This document shows, one piece after another, positions 28,654-41,305 of a DNA stretch of 64,000 nt. Position 1 is the first letter of the stretch. The number at the start of each line of letters is the position of its first letter. Under the pieces are notes generated by a model. That model was not told the DNA's origin. It ran no database searches and worked only from the letters and a program-made list of their open reading frames with translations. Position numbers and translations under genes: made by a program. This DNA is from Legionellales bacterium (GTDB lineage Bacteria > Pseudomonadota > Gammaproteobacteria > Eutrophobiales > Eutrophobiaceae): NCBI GenBank assembly GCA_002721165.1, contig PBJS01000024.1, positions 1,918 through 65,917 on the forward strand, read 5' to 3'.

Positions 28654-30546
28654 TTACTCTCTAGAAGTTAAATCTCTATTCACAAAGTAATTGTCGAACA
28701 TTTTTCTGGCTATGGGAGCTGCTACTTTAGATCCGCCTCCACCATTCTCAACAATAATTGCTACGGCTATTTCTGGTTTCTTAACAGGAGCAAATGCAAT
28801 AAAAAGTGCATGGTCCTTCAATTCATCTGCAATATCTTCTTCTTTATATTCTTCTTCTTGATCAATTCCAATAATTTGTGCAGTCCCGGTTTTACCCGCA
28901 AAAAAGTATTCCGCGTTTAAGCCGCTTCTCCATGCAGTACCGCCTGCCCGATGAACAACACTCTCCATTGAATCAATAATCTCATCCCAAAAAAGACTAT
29001 TTTTTACATCAATCTTATTTTCAGTGCTATTTGACATTAAGGTTAAACCCTCCTCTCCTGGACTATTAATACCTAAGACTAATCTAGGCTTAACCATTAG
29101 ACCATTAGTCGCTATAGCTGAAGTTGCTTTGACTAATTGTATTGGTGTTGTCAAGGCATAACCTTGGCCTATACCCAATATGACCGTTTCACCAGGAAAC
29201 CATACTTGTTGCATATTATTACGCTTCCACTCTCTGGATGGGAGTAATCCAAAACTTTCACCATAAATATCAACACCACTCACTTCCCCAAAACCAAACT
29301 TTGATAACCCAGCGTATATGCGATCAATTCCCAATTCATAAGCTAAGTTATAAAAAAAGACATCGCAGGACTGAACTATTGCCTTATCTAAACTTGTATG
29401 TCCATGCCCCTCTTTTTTCCAATCGCGATAACGATGTTCATGTCCTTGTAACGTAAACCAACCTGGGCACCAAACTTCCTCTTCATTATTACTAATTCCA
29501 TTATCCAATGCGACCAACCCAAGAAATGGCTTAATAGTTGAACCAGGCGGATATTTACCTTGAATAACTCTATTAAGTAATGGCTTATCTTTTGAGGATA
29601 GAAGTGAATTATATGATTCTGCACTTATACCACTTGAAAATTTATTTGGATCGTAAGTAGGTGAACTTACAAAAGCTAATATATTTCCATCTCTCGGGTC
29701 AACGGCAACAATTGCTCCTCTTCGACCACCTAAAGACTCAGAAGCAATCCTTTGTAAGGATAGATTGATAGTCAGATAAAGGTTCTTACCAGATTGAGGA
29801 GCTATTCTCTCTAACACACGAATAACCCTTCCTTCAGCATTAACCTCTACTTTTTGATAACCAACTTCTCCATGCAAATAGGATTCATATGATTCTTCAA
29901 CACCAAGCTTTCCTATGTGGGTCGTAGCACTATAACTTGAGCTTTTATCTAATTTCGAAATATTTCGAAGATCACTCTCATCAATACGAGCCACATACCC
30001 AATACTATGAACAAGTTCTTCGCCTAAAGGATAATGCCTAATGAAACCTTCAACTACATCAACGCTCGAAAACAAATGCCGATTTATAGAAAATAATGCG
30101 ACTTCATTTTCACTTAAATTAATTCTCAGCGGGACTCTCTCAAATCTTCTTTTTTTGCCAGATAATTTCTTAAACCGTTCAATATCCTCTTCTCCGATAT
30201 GAATTATTCCTCTTAATTCCTCAATAAGTAGATCGATATCTGATATTTTTTCAGGGATAACTTCTAAGCTATACGTTGGTTTATTTTCTGCAAGAACTAC
30301 TCCGTCACGACTATAAATTAAGCCTCTTATTGGCGCTATTGGTAATATCTTTTGACGATTTTCCTTTGACTTAGTTGTATAGTGATCGTTTTCTAATACT
30401 GTGAGAGAGAAAATTCTAGAAAGAAGTATGGTTACAAACAATAATATTAATAATCCTGACAAATGGATACGTTTTTTGATAAGAGCTGATTCAGTATCCC
30501 GATCTTTCAGGATAAATTCTACTTTGTCTTTGGGAAATAAGTCCAT
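28654..30546 (-). CDS. mrdA: Penicillin-binding protein 2 (elongasome transpeptidase)
   Basis: 630 aa. GSTIKPF (SXXK) and KTGTA motifs. Confidence 0.9.
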   Translation of the reverse strand: MDLFPKDKVEFILKDRDTESALIKKRIHLSGLLILLFVTILLSRIFSLTVLENDHYTTKSKENRQKILPIAPIRGLIYSRDGVVLAENKPTYSLEVIPEKISDIDLLIEELRGIIHIGEEDIERFKKLSGKKRRFERVPLRINLSENEVALFSINRHLFSSVDVVEGFIRHYPLGEELVHSIGYVARIDESDLRNISKLDKSSSYSATTHIGKLGVEESYESYLHGEVGYQKVEVNAEGRVIRVLERIAPQSGKNLYLTINLSLQRIASESLGGRRGAIVAVDPRDGNILAFVSSPTYDPNKFSSGISAESYNSLLSSKDKPLLNRVIQGKYPPGSTIKPFLGLVALDNGISNNEEEVWCPGWFTLQGHEHRYRDWKKEGHGHTSLDKAIVQSCDVFFYNLAYELGIDRIYAGLSKFGFGEVSGVDIYGESFGLLPSREWKRNNMQQVWFPGETVILGIGQGYALTTPIQLVKATSAIATNGLMVKPRLVLGINSPGEEGLTLMSNSTENKIDVKNSLFWDEIIDSMESVVHRAGGTAWRSGLNAEYFFAGKTGTAQIIGIDQEEEYKEEDIADELKDHALFIAFAPVKKPEIAVAIIVENGGGGSKVAAPIARKMFDNYFVNRDLTSRE

Positions 30547-30573
30547 TAATTGCTGAGTGACATCAATTTATTA

Positions 30574-31023
30574 TTAGGCTACATTATATTTACGACGTAT
30601 ATCTCTCATTACAATAAATAACCATGGCCATATTAACATACTAGTTATTGCTGGCAGCCAATAGTCCCATGTGTAAACAATCTTACCTGATAAAAAAGTC
30701 ACTAATAGCATAATAGCCTTGTACATTATGAGATAGACGCAAACCATGATGGCTTGGTGTAGTAATGGGTACACCCGTAACTGTTTATGATTTTTTAAAA
30801 TAATATAAGCTAAAAAGGTAAACCCCAGTGCATGTTGTCCAAAAATAAAACTTTGCTGCACATCGAACAACAATCCCAAGAACCAGGCCGATGATATCCC
30901 AACTCTCTCAGGTAATGCCATACACCAATATATTAAGAACATGGCTAACCAACATGGGCGCCAATCAACAAGTGTATCAGGCAATGGTAATGCTGATAAA
31001 ACAAAGCCCAAAACAAATGTCAT
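30574..31023 (-). CDS. mreD: Rod shape-determining protein MreD
   Basis: 149 aa hydrophobic protein downstream of mreC. Motif WRPCWLAMFLIYW. Confidence 0.8.
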   Translation of the reverse strand: MTFVLGFVLSALPLPDTLVDWRPCWLAMFLIYWCMALPERVGISSAWFLGLLFDVQQSFIFGQHALGFTFLAYIILKNHKQLRVYPLLHQAIMVCVYLIMYKAIMLLVTFLSGKIVYTWDYWLPAITSMLIWPWLFIVMRDIRRKYNVA

Positions 31024-31081
31024 CGCAATAATAATGTTACTTTTAAGTGACGATTGAATAGCAATACCCTCTATTTATATG

Positions 31082-31846
31082 TTAATCAGTGTTTCTATAT
31101 TCATTTGGCCAAACCATTAGTACTTCTCTTATTTTACCAAATTGCGCAAATGGTTTAACAATTACTCTTGCAGACAGTTCGCCTGGACTTTGAATTATTT
31201 CTTGAACCTCACCAACTGGATAATCTCTTGGAAAACGTCTGCCAAGTCCAGAAGTGACAATTAAATCACCGATCATTACATGAGCTTTATTTGGAAGACC
31301 TGGATCTGTTATTAATGGCTTAGGAAGATGTTCAAGCACAAGTAATTCACTTTCTCCTGAACCAACAGCTCTTGCACGCAATCCATTTCTATTAATTTGA
31401 ACAGGTATAGCATGATTAGGATCGATTATTAATAAAACAGTGCTTGAAAAAGGATTAATTTGGGTAATCTGCCCCATTATACCACTAGAATCTAGTATTG
31501 GTTGGCCTTCATATCCGCCATCACTTTTGCCTTTATTTATAACGATCTTTTTTTGGAAAGAATCTAATTGTATTGCAACTGGCTGAGCTACAAGAACTTT
31601 GTTTTTGAGACGAAATGATGATTCAAGTAAATCACGTAGGCGATGGTTTTCAGCTTCTATAATGTCATATTGCTGTAATCTAGCTTTTAATAAAAAAAGT
31701 TCTTTTTTTAGTTCTTGATTTTCTATTGTTAAAGTTTGTTTAGAAACGATGATATTTGAAACAGAGTCAGTAATTTTAAATGGCAAACTAGCTATAACTT
31801 CTATTGGATAGACTAAAGCCCCTAAAGTTGAACGAAAATTTTTCAA
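31082..31846 (-). CDS. mreC: Rod shape-determining protein MreC
   Basis: N-terminal coiled coil. Position between mreB and mreD. Confidence 0.85.
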   Translation of the reverse strand: MKNFRSTLGALVYPIEVIASLPFKITDSVSNIIVSKQTLTIENQELKKELFLLKARLQQYDIIEAENHRLRDLLESSFRLKNKVLVAQPVAIQLDSFQKKIVINKGKSDGGYEGQPILDSSGIMGQITQINPFSSTVLLIIDPNHAIPVQINRNGLRARAVGSGESELLVLEHLPKPLITDPGLPNKAHVMIGDLIVTSGLGRRFPRDYPVGEVQEIIQSPGELSARVIVKPFAQFGKIREVLMVWPNEYRNTD

Positions 31847-31963
31847 GGCGCCTTCTCTATTATCAAGAATAATAAGTGCTATTGATAATAACGTAAAAAA
31901 GAAAAAGCTGGTTTTTGGTGAAGCTCCTTTTCTAAACAGATTGTTAATTTGGTGCTCCCCCGA

Positions 31964-33010
31964 TTAATCAAGAGTAAGTATATCTAAACCATATTCATCA
32001 ATCATCTCAAGATATTTGCCTCCTCCTCTGGCAACACAAGTTAGAGGGTCTTCAGCAATAATTACAGGAACACCGCATTCTTCCATTAACAATGTATCTA
32101 AACTTTTTAGCATCGCACCTCCACCAGTTAATACTAATCCCTGTTCAGCGACATCAGAACCCAGTTCAGGTGGTGTTTTTTCCAATGCATTTTTTACAGC
32201 GTCAACTATTCCTATAAGCGGTTCTTGTAAAGCTTCTAAAATCTCATTACTATTCAACGTGAAGCTCCTTGGGATCCCTTCTGCAAGGTTCCGTCCTCTT
32301 ACTACCAATTCATTTACTTCATTCCCAGGATACGCACACCCAATTTCTTTTTTTATTCGTTCAGCAGTTGAATCCCCAATTAAACTTCCATAATTTCTTC
32401 GCACGTAATTTATTATTGCATCATCGAATCGATCACCACCGATACGTATAGAGTTAGAATAAACAATTCCATTTAATGAAATGATTGCGACTTCTGTAGT
32501 ACCACCGCCAATATCTACCACCATAGAACCTCTTGGATCACTCACAGGCATACCTGCACCAATCGCAGCTGCCATTGGTTCTTCTATCAAATGTACAGTT
32601 CTTGCCCCGGCACCACTTGCTGATTCTCTAATAGCACGTCTTTCTACTTGAGTTGAACCACAAGGAACGCAGACAAGTACTCTTGGGCTTGGTTTAAAAA
32701 ATGTTGAACCATGTGCGCTATGAATAAAATATTGCAGCATTTTTTCAGTAACAGTGAAATCAGCTATAACTCCATCCTTTAAAGGGCGAATAGCAGTTAT
32801 ATGCCCGGGTGTTCGTCCTAACATCTTTTTTGCTGACTCTCCAACAGCAACGATAGATTTTGGGCTTATTTTGTTTCCGTCTTTACGAATTGCTACAACT
32901 GATGGTTCATCGAGAACAATGCCTTTGCTACGTACATAGATTAGTGTATTTGCTGTACCCAAATCTATGGATAAATCATTAGAAAAAAGACCTCTTATTT
33001 GTTTAAACAT
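31964..33010 (-). CDS. mreB: Rod shape-determining protein MreB (actin homologue)
   Basis: [14 protein letters not shown] phosphate-1 motif. 348 aa. Confidence 0.95.
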   Translation of the reverse strand: MFKQIRGLFSNDLSIDLGTANTLIYVRSKGIVLDEPSVVAIRKDGNKISPKSIVAVGESAKKMLGRTPGHITAIRPLKDGVIADFTVTEKMLQYFIHSAHGSTFFKPSPRVLVCVPCGSTQVERRAIRESASGAGARTVHLIEEPMAAAIGAGMPVSDPRGSMVVDIGGGTTEVAIISLNGIVYSNSIRIGGDRFDDAIINYVRRNYGSLIGDSTAERIKKEIGCAYPGNEVNELVVRGRNLAEGIPRSFTLNSNEILEALQEPLIGIVDAVKNALEKTPPELGSDVAEQGLVLTGGGAMLKSLDTLLMEECGVPVIIAEDPLTCVARGGGKYLEMIDEYGLDILTLD

Positions 33011-33256
33011 AATATAACCTGCTAGTTAACATTTTTTAGCTTTTTATGGCATATACCCCGAACAGACTGAATATTACAAGATTATAGCAACTACCCTCGT
33101 ATTCATCTAAAATCGAAAACATGCTATCTGCCAAATACAATGAGAATGAATTCCATACCTATGCAGGCGTAACTTTATCAATGGGCGGAGATTTGAGCAA
33201 GCAAAAGGAACACAATAAATTCCAATTTTTTCAATAAATTAAGAACGACTATTTAT

Positions 33257-33544
33257 ATGTCTCTCGATAAATCTGAAATACAGAAAATAGCCTGGTTGGC
33301 GAGATTAGCAATTAATGAAGAAGATATTGCTAATTATTGCCATGAATTAGCTGAAATTGTCAACATGATGGAACAAATGAATTCAGTAGATACAACTGAT
33401 ATTGCTCCGCTTGCACACCCGCTCGAGGTATTTTCAAGGCTTAGAACTGATGATGTGACAGAAACTAATCAACGTGAAAATTTCCAATCAAACACATCAG
33501 AGAAGAAAGATGGTTATTATCTTGTCCCAAAGGTAATTGAGTAA
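33257..33544 (+). CDS. gatC: Asp/Glu-tRNA(Asn/Gln) amidotransferase subunit C
   Basis: 95 aa. Upstream of gatA and gatB. Confidence 0.85.
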   Translation: MSLDKSEIQKIAWLARLAINEEDIANYCHELAEIVNMMEQMNSVDTTDIAPLAHPLEVFSRLRTDDVTETNQRENFQSNTSEKKDGYYLVPKVIE

Positions 33545-33598
33545 TCAAAAAAGTTTGTTGAATTAATAATTTTAAAAATCTATTAAAATAAAAAATAA

Positions 33599-35053
33599 AT
33601 GTATAAATCTACAATAGCGCAATTGTCAGCAGCACTCGAATCGAAAAAAATCAGTAGTGAAGAGTTAACTCGACTATATATTGAACGCTGCAATAAACAC
33701 AATAAGTCACTAAATTGTTTTATTACAATTACTGAAGAAGATGCGCTAAAAAAAGCAAAACAAGCAGATAAAAAAAGATTTAATGGAGGTCACAATCCAC
33801 TTACAGGAATTCCTATTGCTCAAAAAGATATTTTTTGTACAAGAGGGACAAAAACCACTTGTGGATCCAAAATGCTAGATAATTTCATAGCTCCATATGA
33901 TGCAACAGTAATAAAAAAAATGAATGATGCTGGTTTTATAATGCTAGGAAAGACTAATATGGATGAATTTGCAATGGGTTCATCAAACGAAACTAGCTTT
34001 TATGGACCAGTCAAAAATCCTTGGGATACTAGTCGTGTCCCAGGAGGTTCGTCGGGGGGATCGGCAAGTGCAGTTGCAGCTCGATTATGTCCGGCAGCAA
34101 CTGGTACTGACACGGGCGGCTCAATACGACAACCATCTTCATTCTGTGGTATCACTGGACTAAAACCAACCTATGGAAGAGTTTCCCGTTACGGTATGAT
34201 AGCTTTTGCCTCTAGTCTTGACCAAGGAGGGCCAATGACACAGACGGCTGAAGATGCAGCATTAATTATGAATGTTATATCAGGGTTCGACCATAACGAT
34301 TCAACATCGACCGAAAAACCAATAGATGACTATTCTGCTAAACTGAATAATTCAATTAAAGGGTTAAAAATTGGACTTCCAAAACAATACTTCGATAAGA
34401 ATTTGAATAATGATGTAGCTATTCTAATTGAAAATAGTATAAAAGAATTAGAAAGGCTAGGGGCAAAATGTTTTGATATTGAATTACCTCGTACAAAATT
34501 ATCTATACCCGCATATTATGTTGTGGCTCCAGCGGAATGCTCGTCTAATTTGTCCCGTTATGACGGTGTACGCTTTGGTCACCGTTGTAAGGAACCAAAA
34601 GATCTTTCAGATTTATATTGTCGAAGTCGTCAAGAAGGATTTGGTAAAGAAGTAAAAAGGCGAATAATGACTGGAACTTACGTTCTTTCTGCGGGTTACT
34701 ATGACGCCTATTATTTAAAAGCACAAAAAATAAGACAAATAATACGAGACGATTTCCAAAACGCATTCAAAAATGTAGATCTAATTGCCGGGCCTACAAC
34801 AACGGGTACTGCTTTTGGGCTGAATGAAAAATTGAATGACCCGATTAGCATGTATCTCTCAGATATCTATACTGTTTCAGCAAATCTTGCAGGGTTACCT
34901 GCAATTTCTATCCCATCTGGTTTTATTGAAAAATTACCTGTTGGGCTACAATTAATTGGTAATTATTTTCAAGAATCACTGCTAATAAATGTCGCACACC
35001 AATACCAAAAAGTAACAGACTGGCACCAAAAAATACCGCAGCCATATGAATAA
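33599..35053 (+). CDS. gatA: Glu-tRNA(Gln) amidotransferase subunit A
   Basis: Amidase signature [12 protein letters not shown]. 484 aa. Confidence 0.93.
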   Translation: MYKSTIAQLSAALESKKISSEELTRLYIERCNKHNKSLNCFITITEEDALKKAKQADKKRFNGGHNPLTGIPIAQKDIFCTRGTKTTCGSKMLDNFIAPYDATVIKKMNDAGFIMLGKTNMDEFAMGSSNETSFYGPVKNPWDTSRVPGGSSGGSASAVAARLCPAATGTDTGGSIRQPSSFCGITGLKPTYGRVSRYGMIAFASSLDQGGPMTQTAEDAALIMNVISGFDHNDSTSTEKPIDDYSAKLNNSIKGLKIGLPKQYFDKNLNNDVAILIENSIKELERLGAKCFDIELPRTKLSIPAYYVVAPAECSSNLSRYDGVRFGHRCKEPKDLSDLYCRSRQEGFGKEVKRRIMTGTYVLSAGYYDAYYLKAQKIRQIIRDDFQNAFKNVDLIAGPTTTGTAFGLNEKLNDPISMYLSDIYTVSANLAGLPAISIPSGFIEKLPVGLQLIGNYFQESLLINVAHQYQKVTDWHQKIPQPYE

Positions 35054-36506
35054 ACTAGAAAAATGGGAAACTGTAATAGGGCTCGAAATACATGCCCAAC
35101 TATCAACAAAAAGTAAAATCTTTTCTGGCGCCTCAACAAACTATGGTGCTGATCCAAATACACAAGCTTGTGCGGTAGATTTAGGTTTGCCTGGTGTTTT
35201 GCCTGTCATTAATGAAGAAGCAATACAAATGGCAATAAAATTTGGTCTTGCTATTAATGCTAAAATTCCTAAAACATCTGTATTCGCGAGAAAAAATTAC
35301 TTTTACCCTGACCTCCCAAAAGGATATCAAATCAGTCAGTTTGAATTGCCAATAGTAAGTAACGGACATATTGAAATAGAAACTGAGAATAAAAAAAACA
35401 AAACCATCAGAATTACAAGAGCACATCTTGAAGAAGATGCTGGTAAATCAAATCATGATGAATTTATTGGTTTCACGGGAATCGATCTTAATCGAGCAGG
35501 TAACCCTTTATTAGAAATTGTATCTGAACCGGATATGAGTAATGCAAAAGAAGCCATCAGTTATTTAAAAAAAATTCATACACTTGTTTGTTATTTAAAA
35601 ATTTGTGATGGTAACATGCAGGAAGGCTCATTTCGCTGTGACGCAAATGTTTCTATAAAGCTAAAAAAACAAAAAGAGCTAGGTACTCGTACTGAAATAA
35701 AAAACCTAAACTCTTTCAAATTTATTGAGTCGGCTATTAACTATGAAATTGAACGTCAAATTAATGTAATTGAATCTGATAAAACAGTAGTTCAAGAAAC
35801 TCGCCTCTATGATTCTAATAAAAATGAAACCCGTTCTATGCGGAGTAAAGAAGAAGCAAATGATTATAGATATTTCCCCGATCCTGATTTGCTACCAATT
35901 TTAATCGCCGATGAGACAAAAGAAGCAATTAAAAAATCAATTCCCGAATTACCGGATGTGAAATGTAAACGCTATCAAAAGGAGTTAGCTCTCTCAAAAT
36001 ATGATAGTGATAATTTGACCTCTAATCCAGATATAGCTGATTATTTTGAGGAAACAATAAAAATTACAAACGGCAACGCAAAAATATGTGCAAATTGGAT
36101 TATGGGTGATTTATCAGCCTCATTAAACAAAAAAAATATAGCCATAAAAAATAGCCCGGTATCAGCAAAAATGCTTGGGGATTTGATCAACCTTATTATA
36201 GATAAAACAATTTCTGGAAAAATTGCAAAAACGGTTTTTGAAGCAATGTGGAATGGTGAAGGTAACGCTATCTCGATAATAGAAAGTAAAGACCTTAAAC
36301 AAGTGACTGATTCCGGTAAAATTGAGAAAATTATTGATGAGATTATTACAGAAAATTCATCTCAAGTTGAACAGTACAAAAATTCTTCAGATGAAAAAAA
36401 ACAAAAGCTAATTGGTTTTTTTGTTGGTCAAATTATGAAAAAATCTAAAGGTAAAGCCAATCCAAAACAAGTAAATGAATTATTGAAAGAAAAATTGGAT
36501 AATTAG
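35046..36506 (+). CDS. gatB: Asp/Glu-tRNA amidotransferase subunit B
   Basis: 486 aa. Conserved GatB N-terminus ([13 protein letters not shown]). Overlaps the gatA stop. Confidence 0.93.
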   Translation: MNKLEKWETVIGLEIHAQLSTKSKIFSGASTNYGADPNTQACAVDLGLPGVLPVINEEAIQMAIKFGLAINAKIPKTSVFARKNYFYPDLPKGYQISQFELPIVSNGHIEIETENKKNKTIRITRAHLEEDAGKSNHDEFIGFTGIDLNRAGNPLLEIVSEPDMSNAKEAISYLKKIHTLVCYLKICDGNMQEGSFRCDANVSIKLKKQKELGTRTEIKNLNSFKFIESAINYEIERQINVIESDKTVVQETRLYDSNKNETRSMRSKEEANDYRYFPDPDLLPILIADETKEAIKKSIPELPDVKCKRYQKELALSKYDSDNLTSNPDIADYFEETIKITNGNAKICANWIMGDLSASLNKKNIAIKNSPVSAKMLGDLINLIIDKTISGKIAKTVFEAMWNGEGNAISIIESKDLKQVTDSGKIEKIIDEIITENSSQVEQYKNSSDEKKQKLIGFFVGQIMKKSKGKANPKQVNELLKEKLDN

Positions 36507-36509
36507 GTC

Positions 36510-36899
36510 TTATTCAGTTGACCCGTCATCAGGTAACTTTTGAGGTCTATCTACTAACTCAACAATTGCCATGGCTGCCTTATCGCCAGTTCGAAAACCG
36601 CATTTGAGAATTCGTAAATAACCGCCAGGACGCTCTTTATATCGTGGGCCTAGCTCATTAAATAACTTTGTAACAATGTTTCTGTTACGGAGACGAGAAA
36701 ATGCTAAGCGTCTTTTTGCTACATTATCAATTTTTGCCATTGTGATTAGTGGTTCAGCAAAACGGCGTAGTTCCTTCGCTTTTGGTAAAGTTGTTCTAAT
36801 CATTTCATGCTCTATTAATGAAACAGCCATGTTCCTAAACATTGCTTTACGATGAGAGCTATTACGGTTTAATTTTCTACCACTTTCTCGATGACGCAT
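36510..36899 (-). CDS. rplQ: 50S ribosomal protein L17
   Basis: [20 protein letters not shown]... consensus. Last gene of the alpha operon. Confidence 0.95.
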   Translation of the reverse strand: MRHRESGRKLNRNSSHRKAMFRNMAVSLIEHEMIRTTLPKAKELRRFAEPLITMAKIDNVAKRRLAFSRLRNRNIVTKLFNELGPRYKERPGGYLRILKCGFRTGDKAAMAIVELVDRPQKLPDDGSTE

Positions 36900-36917
36900 T
36901 ATTTTTCTCTCTTCAAA

Positions 36918-37925
36918 TTATGCTGACGCACTTTCTTGATTGTTAAACCCTACTGGCGGCCAATTATCTAAATGCATGCCCAGAGATAAACCACGTGATG
37001 CAAGTATATCTTTTATTTCAGTCAATGATTTTTTACCTAAATTTGGCGTCTTCAAAAGTTCAACTTCTGTGCGTTGAATCAAATCTCCAATATAGTAAAT
37101 ACTTTCTGCTTTTAAACAATTTGCCGAACGAACAGTCAGCTCAAGATCATCAACAGGTCTTAATAAAATTGGATCAACCTCAGGTTCACTGCTTTTACTT
37201 GCTTCAATAGCTTCTTCTGCTTCAAGATCAACGAAAATAACTAACTGTGAACGAAGTATTGTTGCCGCTTCTTTTATAGCTTCATTAGGATCAATCGTCC
37301 CATCTGTTTCTAATTCCAAAATTAACTTATCTAAATCAGTTCTTTGTTCAACTCGTGAATTACCAACATCATATGAAACACGTGTAACCGGACTAAATGA
37401 AGCATCTAATTTTATTTTCCCAATAGTCTGTTCGTCACTATCTTTGCCCCCAGCAATGACAGGCTTATAGCCTCTACCATGAGCTACCTTCATAACCATA
37501 CTTAATTGACCGGCCTTCGTTAAATTAGCTATCGGATGATCAGGGTTAGCAATCTCAACATCGTGGTCAACAGTAATATCTCTTGCACATACTTCTCCTG
37601 GACCACTTTTTTTCAATGTTAATGTTGCCTCATCCTTAGCATGCATAATTATTGCAAGACCTTTAAGATTGAGAATTATATCCGTGACATCTTCTTGAAC
37701 GCCTTCCATCGTTGTGTATTCATGTAATACTTCTGGTTCTATAATCTCAAGTTCGGTAACTGCACAGCCCGGCATTGACGACAGTAAAACTCGACGCAAT
37801 GCATTACCAAGAGTATGGCCAAAGCCTCTTTCCAATGGTTCAATAATAATTTTTGCTGAAGTACTATTGATTTCCTCCACTTGACATTTACGTGGTTTTA
37901 ACAACTCTCTAGTTATCGATGACAT
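36918..37925 (-). CDS. rpoA: DNA-directed RNA polymerase subunit alpha
   Basis: 335 aa. [15 protein letters not shown] and C-terminal domain [14 protein letters not shown]. Confidence 0.97.
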   Translation of the reverse strand: MSSITRELLKPRKCQVEEINSTSAKIIIEPLERGFGHTLGNALRRVLLSSMPGCAVTELEIIEPEVLHEYTTMEGVQEDVTDIILNLKGLAIIMHAKDEATLTLKKSGPGEVCARDITVDHDVEIANPDHPIANLTKAGQLSMVMKVAHGRGYKPVIAGGKDSDEQTIGKIKLDASFSPVTRVSYDVGNSRVEQRTDLDKLILELETDGTIDPNEAIKEAATILRSQLVIFVDLEAEEAIEASKSSEPEVDPILLRPVDDLELTVRSANCLKAESIYYIGDLIQRTEVELLKTPNLGKKSLTEIKDILASRGLSLGMHLDNWPPVGFNNQESASA

Positions 37926-37949
37926 ACGTGATAATCCTCCACACGTTAA

Positions 37950-38570
37950 TTACTTAGAATACAACTCTACAACAAGCTGTTCATTAATTTCAGACGGTAA
38001 TTCATTTCTATCTGGAACGGACTTAAAAGTACCTTCCATACTCTTGGCGCTAACTTCAACCCAATCTGGAAACCCATATTGTTCTGCAACATTTAAAGCA
38101 TCTTTAATTCTCAATTGATTTTTGCTTTTTTCCCTAATCGTAATCTTGTCGCTAGGTCTCACTTGAAAAGAAGGTATGTTGACACTTTTATCATTAACTA
38201 AAACAGTCCTATGACTTATTAATTGCCGTGCCTCATTGCGAGTTGAACCAAAACCCATTCGGTACACTACATTATCTAATCGACATTCTAGTATCTGCAA
38301 TAAATTCTCACCAGTTGAGCCTTTCTGACGCGCTGCCTCCTTGTAATACCTACGAAATTGTTTTTCAAGAACACCATAAATGCGTCTTAATTTCTGCTTT
38401 TCTCTTAATTGCAAAGCATAGTCAGACATTCTTCCAGGTCGCGCAGTTCCCATTCCTGGTGTTTTGTCTATTTGGCACTTAGTCTCTATTGGTCTTGCGC
38501 GACTTTTTAAAAATAAATCTGTCCCCTCACGACGACTAAGTTTACATTTTGGTCCAAGATAACGTGCCAT
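37950..38570 (-). CDS. rpsD: 30S ribosomal protein S4
   Basis: [23 protein letters not shown] consensus. Confidence 0.95.
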   Translation of the reverse strand: MARYLGPKCKLSRREGTDLFLKSRARPIETKCQIDKTPGMGTARPGRMSDYALQLREKQKLRRIYGVLEKQFRRYYKEAARQKGSTGENLLQILECRLDNVVYRMGFGSTRNEARQLISHRTVLVNDKSVNIPSFQVRPSDKITIREKSKNQLRIKDALNVAEQYGFPDWVEVSAKSMEGTFKSVPDRNELPSEINEQLVVELYSK

Positions 38571-38585
38571 AACTAATCTCCTAAA

Positions 38586-38975
38586 TTAAACACGACGCCT
38601 TTTTGGCGGACGACATCCATTATGTGGAATTGGAGTAACATCTGTAATATTAGTAATTTTAAATCCGACTGTATTAAGTGCTCGAACTGCTGACTCACGA
38701 CCCGGACCGGGCCCTTTAATAAAGACCTCTAAGTTTTGTAACCCAAATTCTTTCGCAGCTTCTCCTGCTTTTTGAGATGCAATTTGTGCTGCAAATGGAG
38801 TGCTCTTGCGTGATCCACGAAATCCACTTCCTCCTGAAGTTGCCCATGAAAGTGTATTACCTTCTCGATCAGTTATTGTAATGATAGTATTGTTGAAAGA
38901 AGCATGTATATGAGCAATACCATCGAGAACATTCCTTTTAGATTTTTTACGTCCCTTTGTTGTTGTTTTTGCCAT
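38586..38975 (-). CDS. rpsK: 30S ribosomal protein S11
   Basis: Consensus S11 sequence. 129 aa. Confidence 0.95.
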   Translation of the reverse strand: MAKTTTKGRKKSKRNVLDGIAHIHASFNNTIITITDREGNTLSWATSGGSGFRGSRKSTPFAAQIASQKAGEAAKEFGLQNLEVFIKGPGPGRESAVRALNTVGFKITNITDVTPIPHNGCRPPKRRRV

Positions 38976-38996
38976 AATTTATATAAAACCTTTTGT

Positions 38997-39353
38997 TTAT
39001 TTTTTGATCATTTTTTTCGGGCCTTTACGAGTACGTGCGTTAGTACTTGTACGTTGCCCACGAACTGGTAACCCTCTACGATGACGAATACCACGGTTCG
39101 TACCTAGGTCCATTAAACGTTTAATATTCATTGAGACTTCTCTACGTAAATCACCCTCAAGATTTAATTTGCCAACCTCAGCACGTATGTTGTCTAAGTC
39201 CGCCTCTGTTAATTTACTAACTTTAATTGAATATTCTAAATTTAATGCATCGCAAATTTTTTCAGCGCTAGTACGTCCGATACCATATATATATGTCAAA
39301 GCTATATTCAGATGTTTATTGTCTGGTATATTAATTCCTGCAATACGTGCCAT
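38997..39353 (-). CDS. rpsM: 30S ribosomal protein S13
   Basis: [14 protein letters not shown] consensus. Confidence 0.95.
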   Translation of the reverse strand: MARIAGINIPDNKHLNIALTYIYGIGRTSAEKICDALNLEYSIKVSKLTEADLDNIRAEVGKLNLEGDLRREVSMNIKRLMDLGTNRGIRHRRGLPVRGQRTSTNARTRKGPKKMIKK

Positions 39354-39381
39354 TATTTTATAATCTCCATCATTTTTTATT

Positions 39382-39495
39382 TTAGCCTTGGCGTTGTTTA
39401 TGACGTGGATCTGAGCAAATCACTCGTACAACCCTATTACGTCGAATTATTCTGCAATTCCGACAAATTCTTTTTACTGACGCTCTAACTTTCAT
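39382..39495 (-). CDS. rpmJ: 50S ribosomal protein L36 (zinc-ribbon type)
   Basis: Not in the ORF track because it is under 60 aa. The reverse complement encodes [37 protein letters not shown], between secY and rpsM. Confidence 0.9.
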   Translation of the reverse strand: MKVRASVKRICRNCRIIRRNRVVRVICSDPRHKQRQG

Positions 39496-39522
39496 AATTA
39501 ATTTTCATAGCCATTAAATAAA

Positions 39523-40866
39523 TTAACGTCTGCCATGCCCCTTAAGATTAGCTTTTTTCATGAGCCCTTCATATTGATGAGACATCAAGTGTGCTTGTAT
39601 TTGCGACATAAAATCCATAACAACCACAACAATAATTAACAGTGATGTTCCGCCAAAATAAAACGGTACATTAAATTTAACAATTAAAAACTCGGGTAAT
39701 AAACATACAAGAGTTATATAAACAGCCCCTGCAAGTGTTAGCTTTGTTAATACTTTATCGAGGTAGCTTGCTGTTTGCTCACCAGGTCTTGTGCCAGGAA
39801 TAAAAGCTCCCGATTTTTTTAAATTATCAGCAGTTTCTCGAGGATCAAAAACCATAGCAGTATAGAAGAAACAGAAAAAAATGATTCCTGCTGCATAACA
39901 CAAAACATAAATTGGTTGGCCTGGTGATAGTGTCGTTGCAAAATCCTTAAGCCAATTCATCCCCTCGCTTTGACTAAACCAGCCGGCAATTGTAGCTGGG
40001 AACAATATTAAACTTGAAGCAAATATCGGAGGTATAACTCCAGCCATATTTAACTTTAGTGGTAAATGACTTGCTTGCCCGCCGTACATCTTTCTACCAA
40101 CTTGGCGTTTAGCATAATTAACAGTTATTCGTCGCTGACCTCTTTCGACAAACACAACAAATCCCGTAACAACAATTGCCAAAGCAAATAATGCGAAAAC
40201 GGCTAATAAATGCATTTCACCTGTTCTAGATAATTCTAATGTTCCGCCAATTGCAGCAGGTAAGCCCGCAACAATACCAGCGAAGATTATCAATGAAATA
40301 CCATTTCCAACCCCTCGCTCTGTTATCTGCTCGCCCAACCACATCAAAAACATGGTTCCAGTTACTAGTGTGGTAATTGCTACGACTCTAAATCCAATTC
40401 CTGGGTCCATAACAACGCCTTGTCCGCTAGCTTGCTGTCCCTCTAGAGCTATAGCGACCCCAAAAGCTTGAAACGTAGCTAAAAAAACTGTTCCATAGCG
40501 AGTGTACTGAGTTATCTTTCTACGTCCCGATTCACCCTCTTTTTTAAGCTGCTTTAATTTTGGGTCAACGACAGACAACAATTGCATAATAATTGATGCA
40601 GATATATAGGGCATAATACCTAGGGCTACAACAGAGAAACGACTTAATGCTCCACCGGAAAACATATTGAACATATCCAAAATCGTTCCACGTTGTTGGT
40701 CAAATAATTCAGCTAATGCAACAGGGTTAATTCCTGGCACTGGAATATGTGTAGCAATTCTATAAACAAATAAAGCAACTAAAACAAAAAAAAGTCGCTG
40801 TCTTAGTTCTTTCAACTGCCCAAGTCCTGCAAGACCTCCTGGTAGAGCTGTATTTGATGTTGCCAT
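39523..40866 (-). CDS. secY: Protein translocase subunit SecY
   Basis: 447 aa, ten TM segments, GGLGELK-like N-terminus. Confidence 0.95.
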   Translation of the reverse strand: MATSNTALPGGLAGLGQLKELRQRLFFVLVALFVYRIATHIPVPGINPVALAELFDQQRGTILDMFNMFSGGALSRFSVVALGIMPYISASIIMQLLSVVDPKLKQLKKEGESGRRKITQYTRYGTVFLATFQAFGVAIALEGQQASGQGVVMDPGIGFRVVAITTLVTGTMFLMWLGEQITERGVGNGISLIIFAGIVAGLPAAIGGTLELSRTGEMHLLAVFALFALAIVVTGFVVFVERGQRRITVNYAKRQVGRKMYGGQASHLPLKLNMAGVIPPIFASSLILFPATIAGWFSQSEGMNWLKDFATTLSPGQPIYVLCYAAGIIFFCFFYTAMVFDPRETADNLKKSGAFIPGTRPGEQTASYLDKVLTKLTLAGAVYITLVCLLPEFLIVKFNVPFYFGGTSLLIIVVVVMDFMSQIQAHLMSHQYEGLMKKANLKGHGRR

Positions 40867-41301
40867 TTATTTTTCCACCTTTCCGCCAGCTGTTTCAATT
40901 GCGTTTTTTGCGCCTTTCGTTGGTATAAGACCTTTTATTGTTATAGGCTTATCTAACTTTCCAGATAAAATAATTTTTGCACGCTTTATGTTTTTGCTTA
41001 TCAAACGTGCTGATTTAAGTACATCAATATCAATAACTTCAACATCTAGATTAGCTAATTCGTGCAAGCGAATTTCGGCAGTAATACGGCTAACGCGAGA
41101 GCTAAATCCAATCTTTGGTAGACGTCGTTGTAAAGGCATTTGCCCACCCTCAAAACCAACCTTATGATATCCCCCAGAACGAGATTTTTGGCCTTTATGT
41201 CCACGTCCACCAGTCTTGCCATTTGCAGAACCAATGCCACGACCAACACGTTTTGGATTTGAGGTTGAGTCTGGATGAGGTTTAAGTATGTTTAGTCGCA
41301 T
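40867..41301 (-). CDS. rplO: 50S ribosomal protein L15
   Basis: Start trimmed to MRLNILKP, matching the E. coli N-terminus [25 protein letters not shown] motif. Confidence 0.9.
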   Translation of the reverse strand: MRLNILKPHPDSTSNPKRVGRGIGSANGKTGGRGHKGQKSRSGGYHKVGFEGGQMPLQRRLPKIGFSSRVSRITAEIRLHELANLDVEVIDIDVLKSARLISKNIKRAKIILSGKLDKPITIKGLIPTKGAKNAIETAGGKVEK

Positions 41302-41305
41302 AAAT

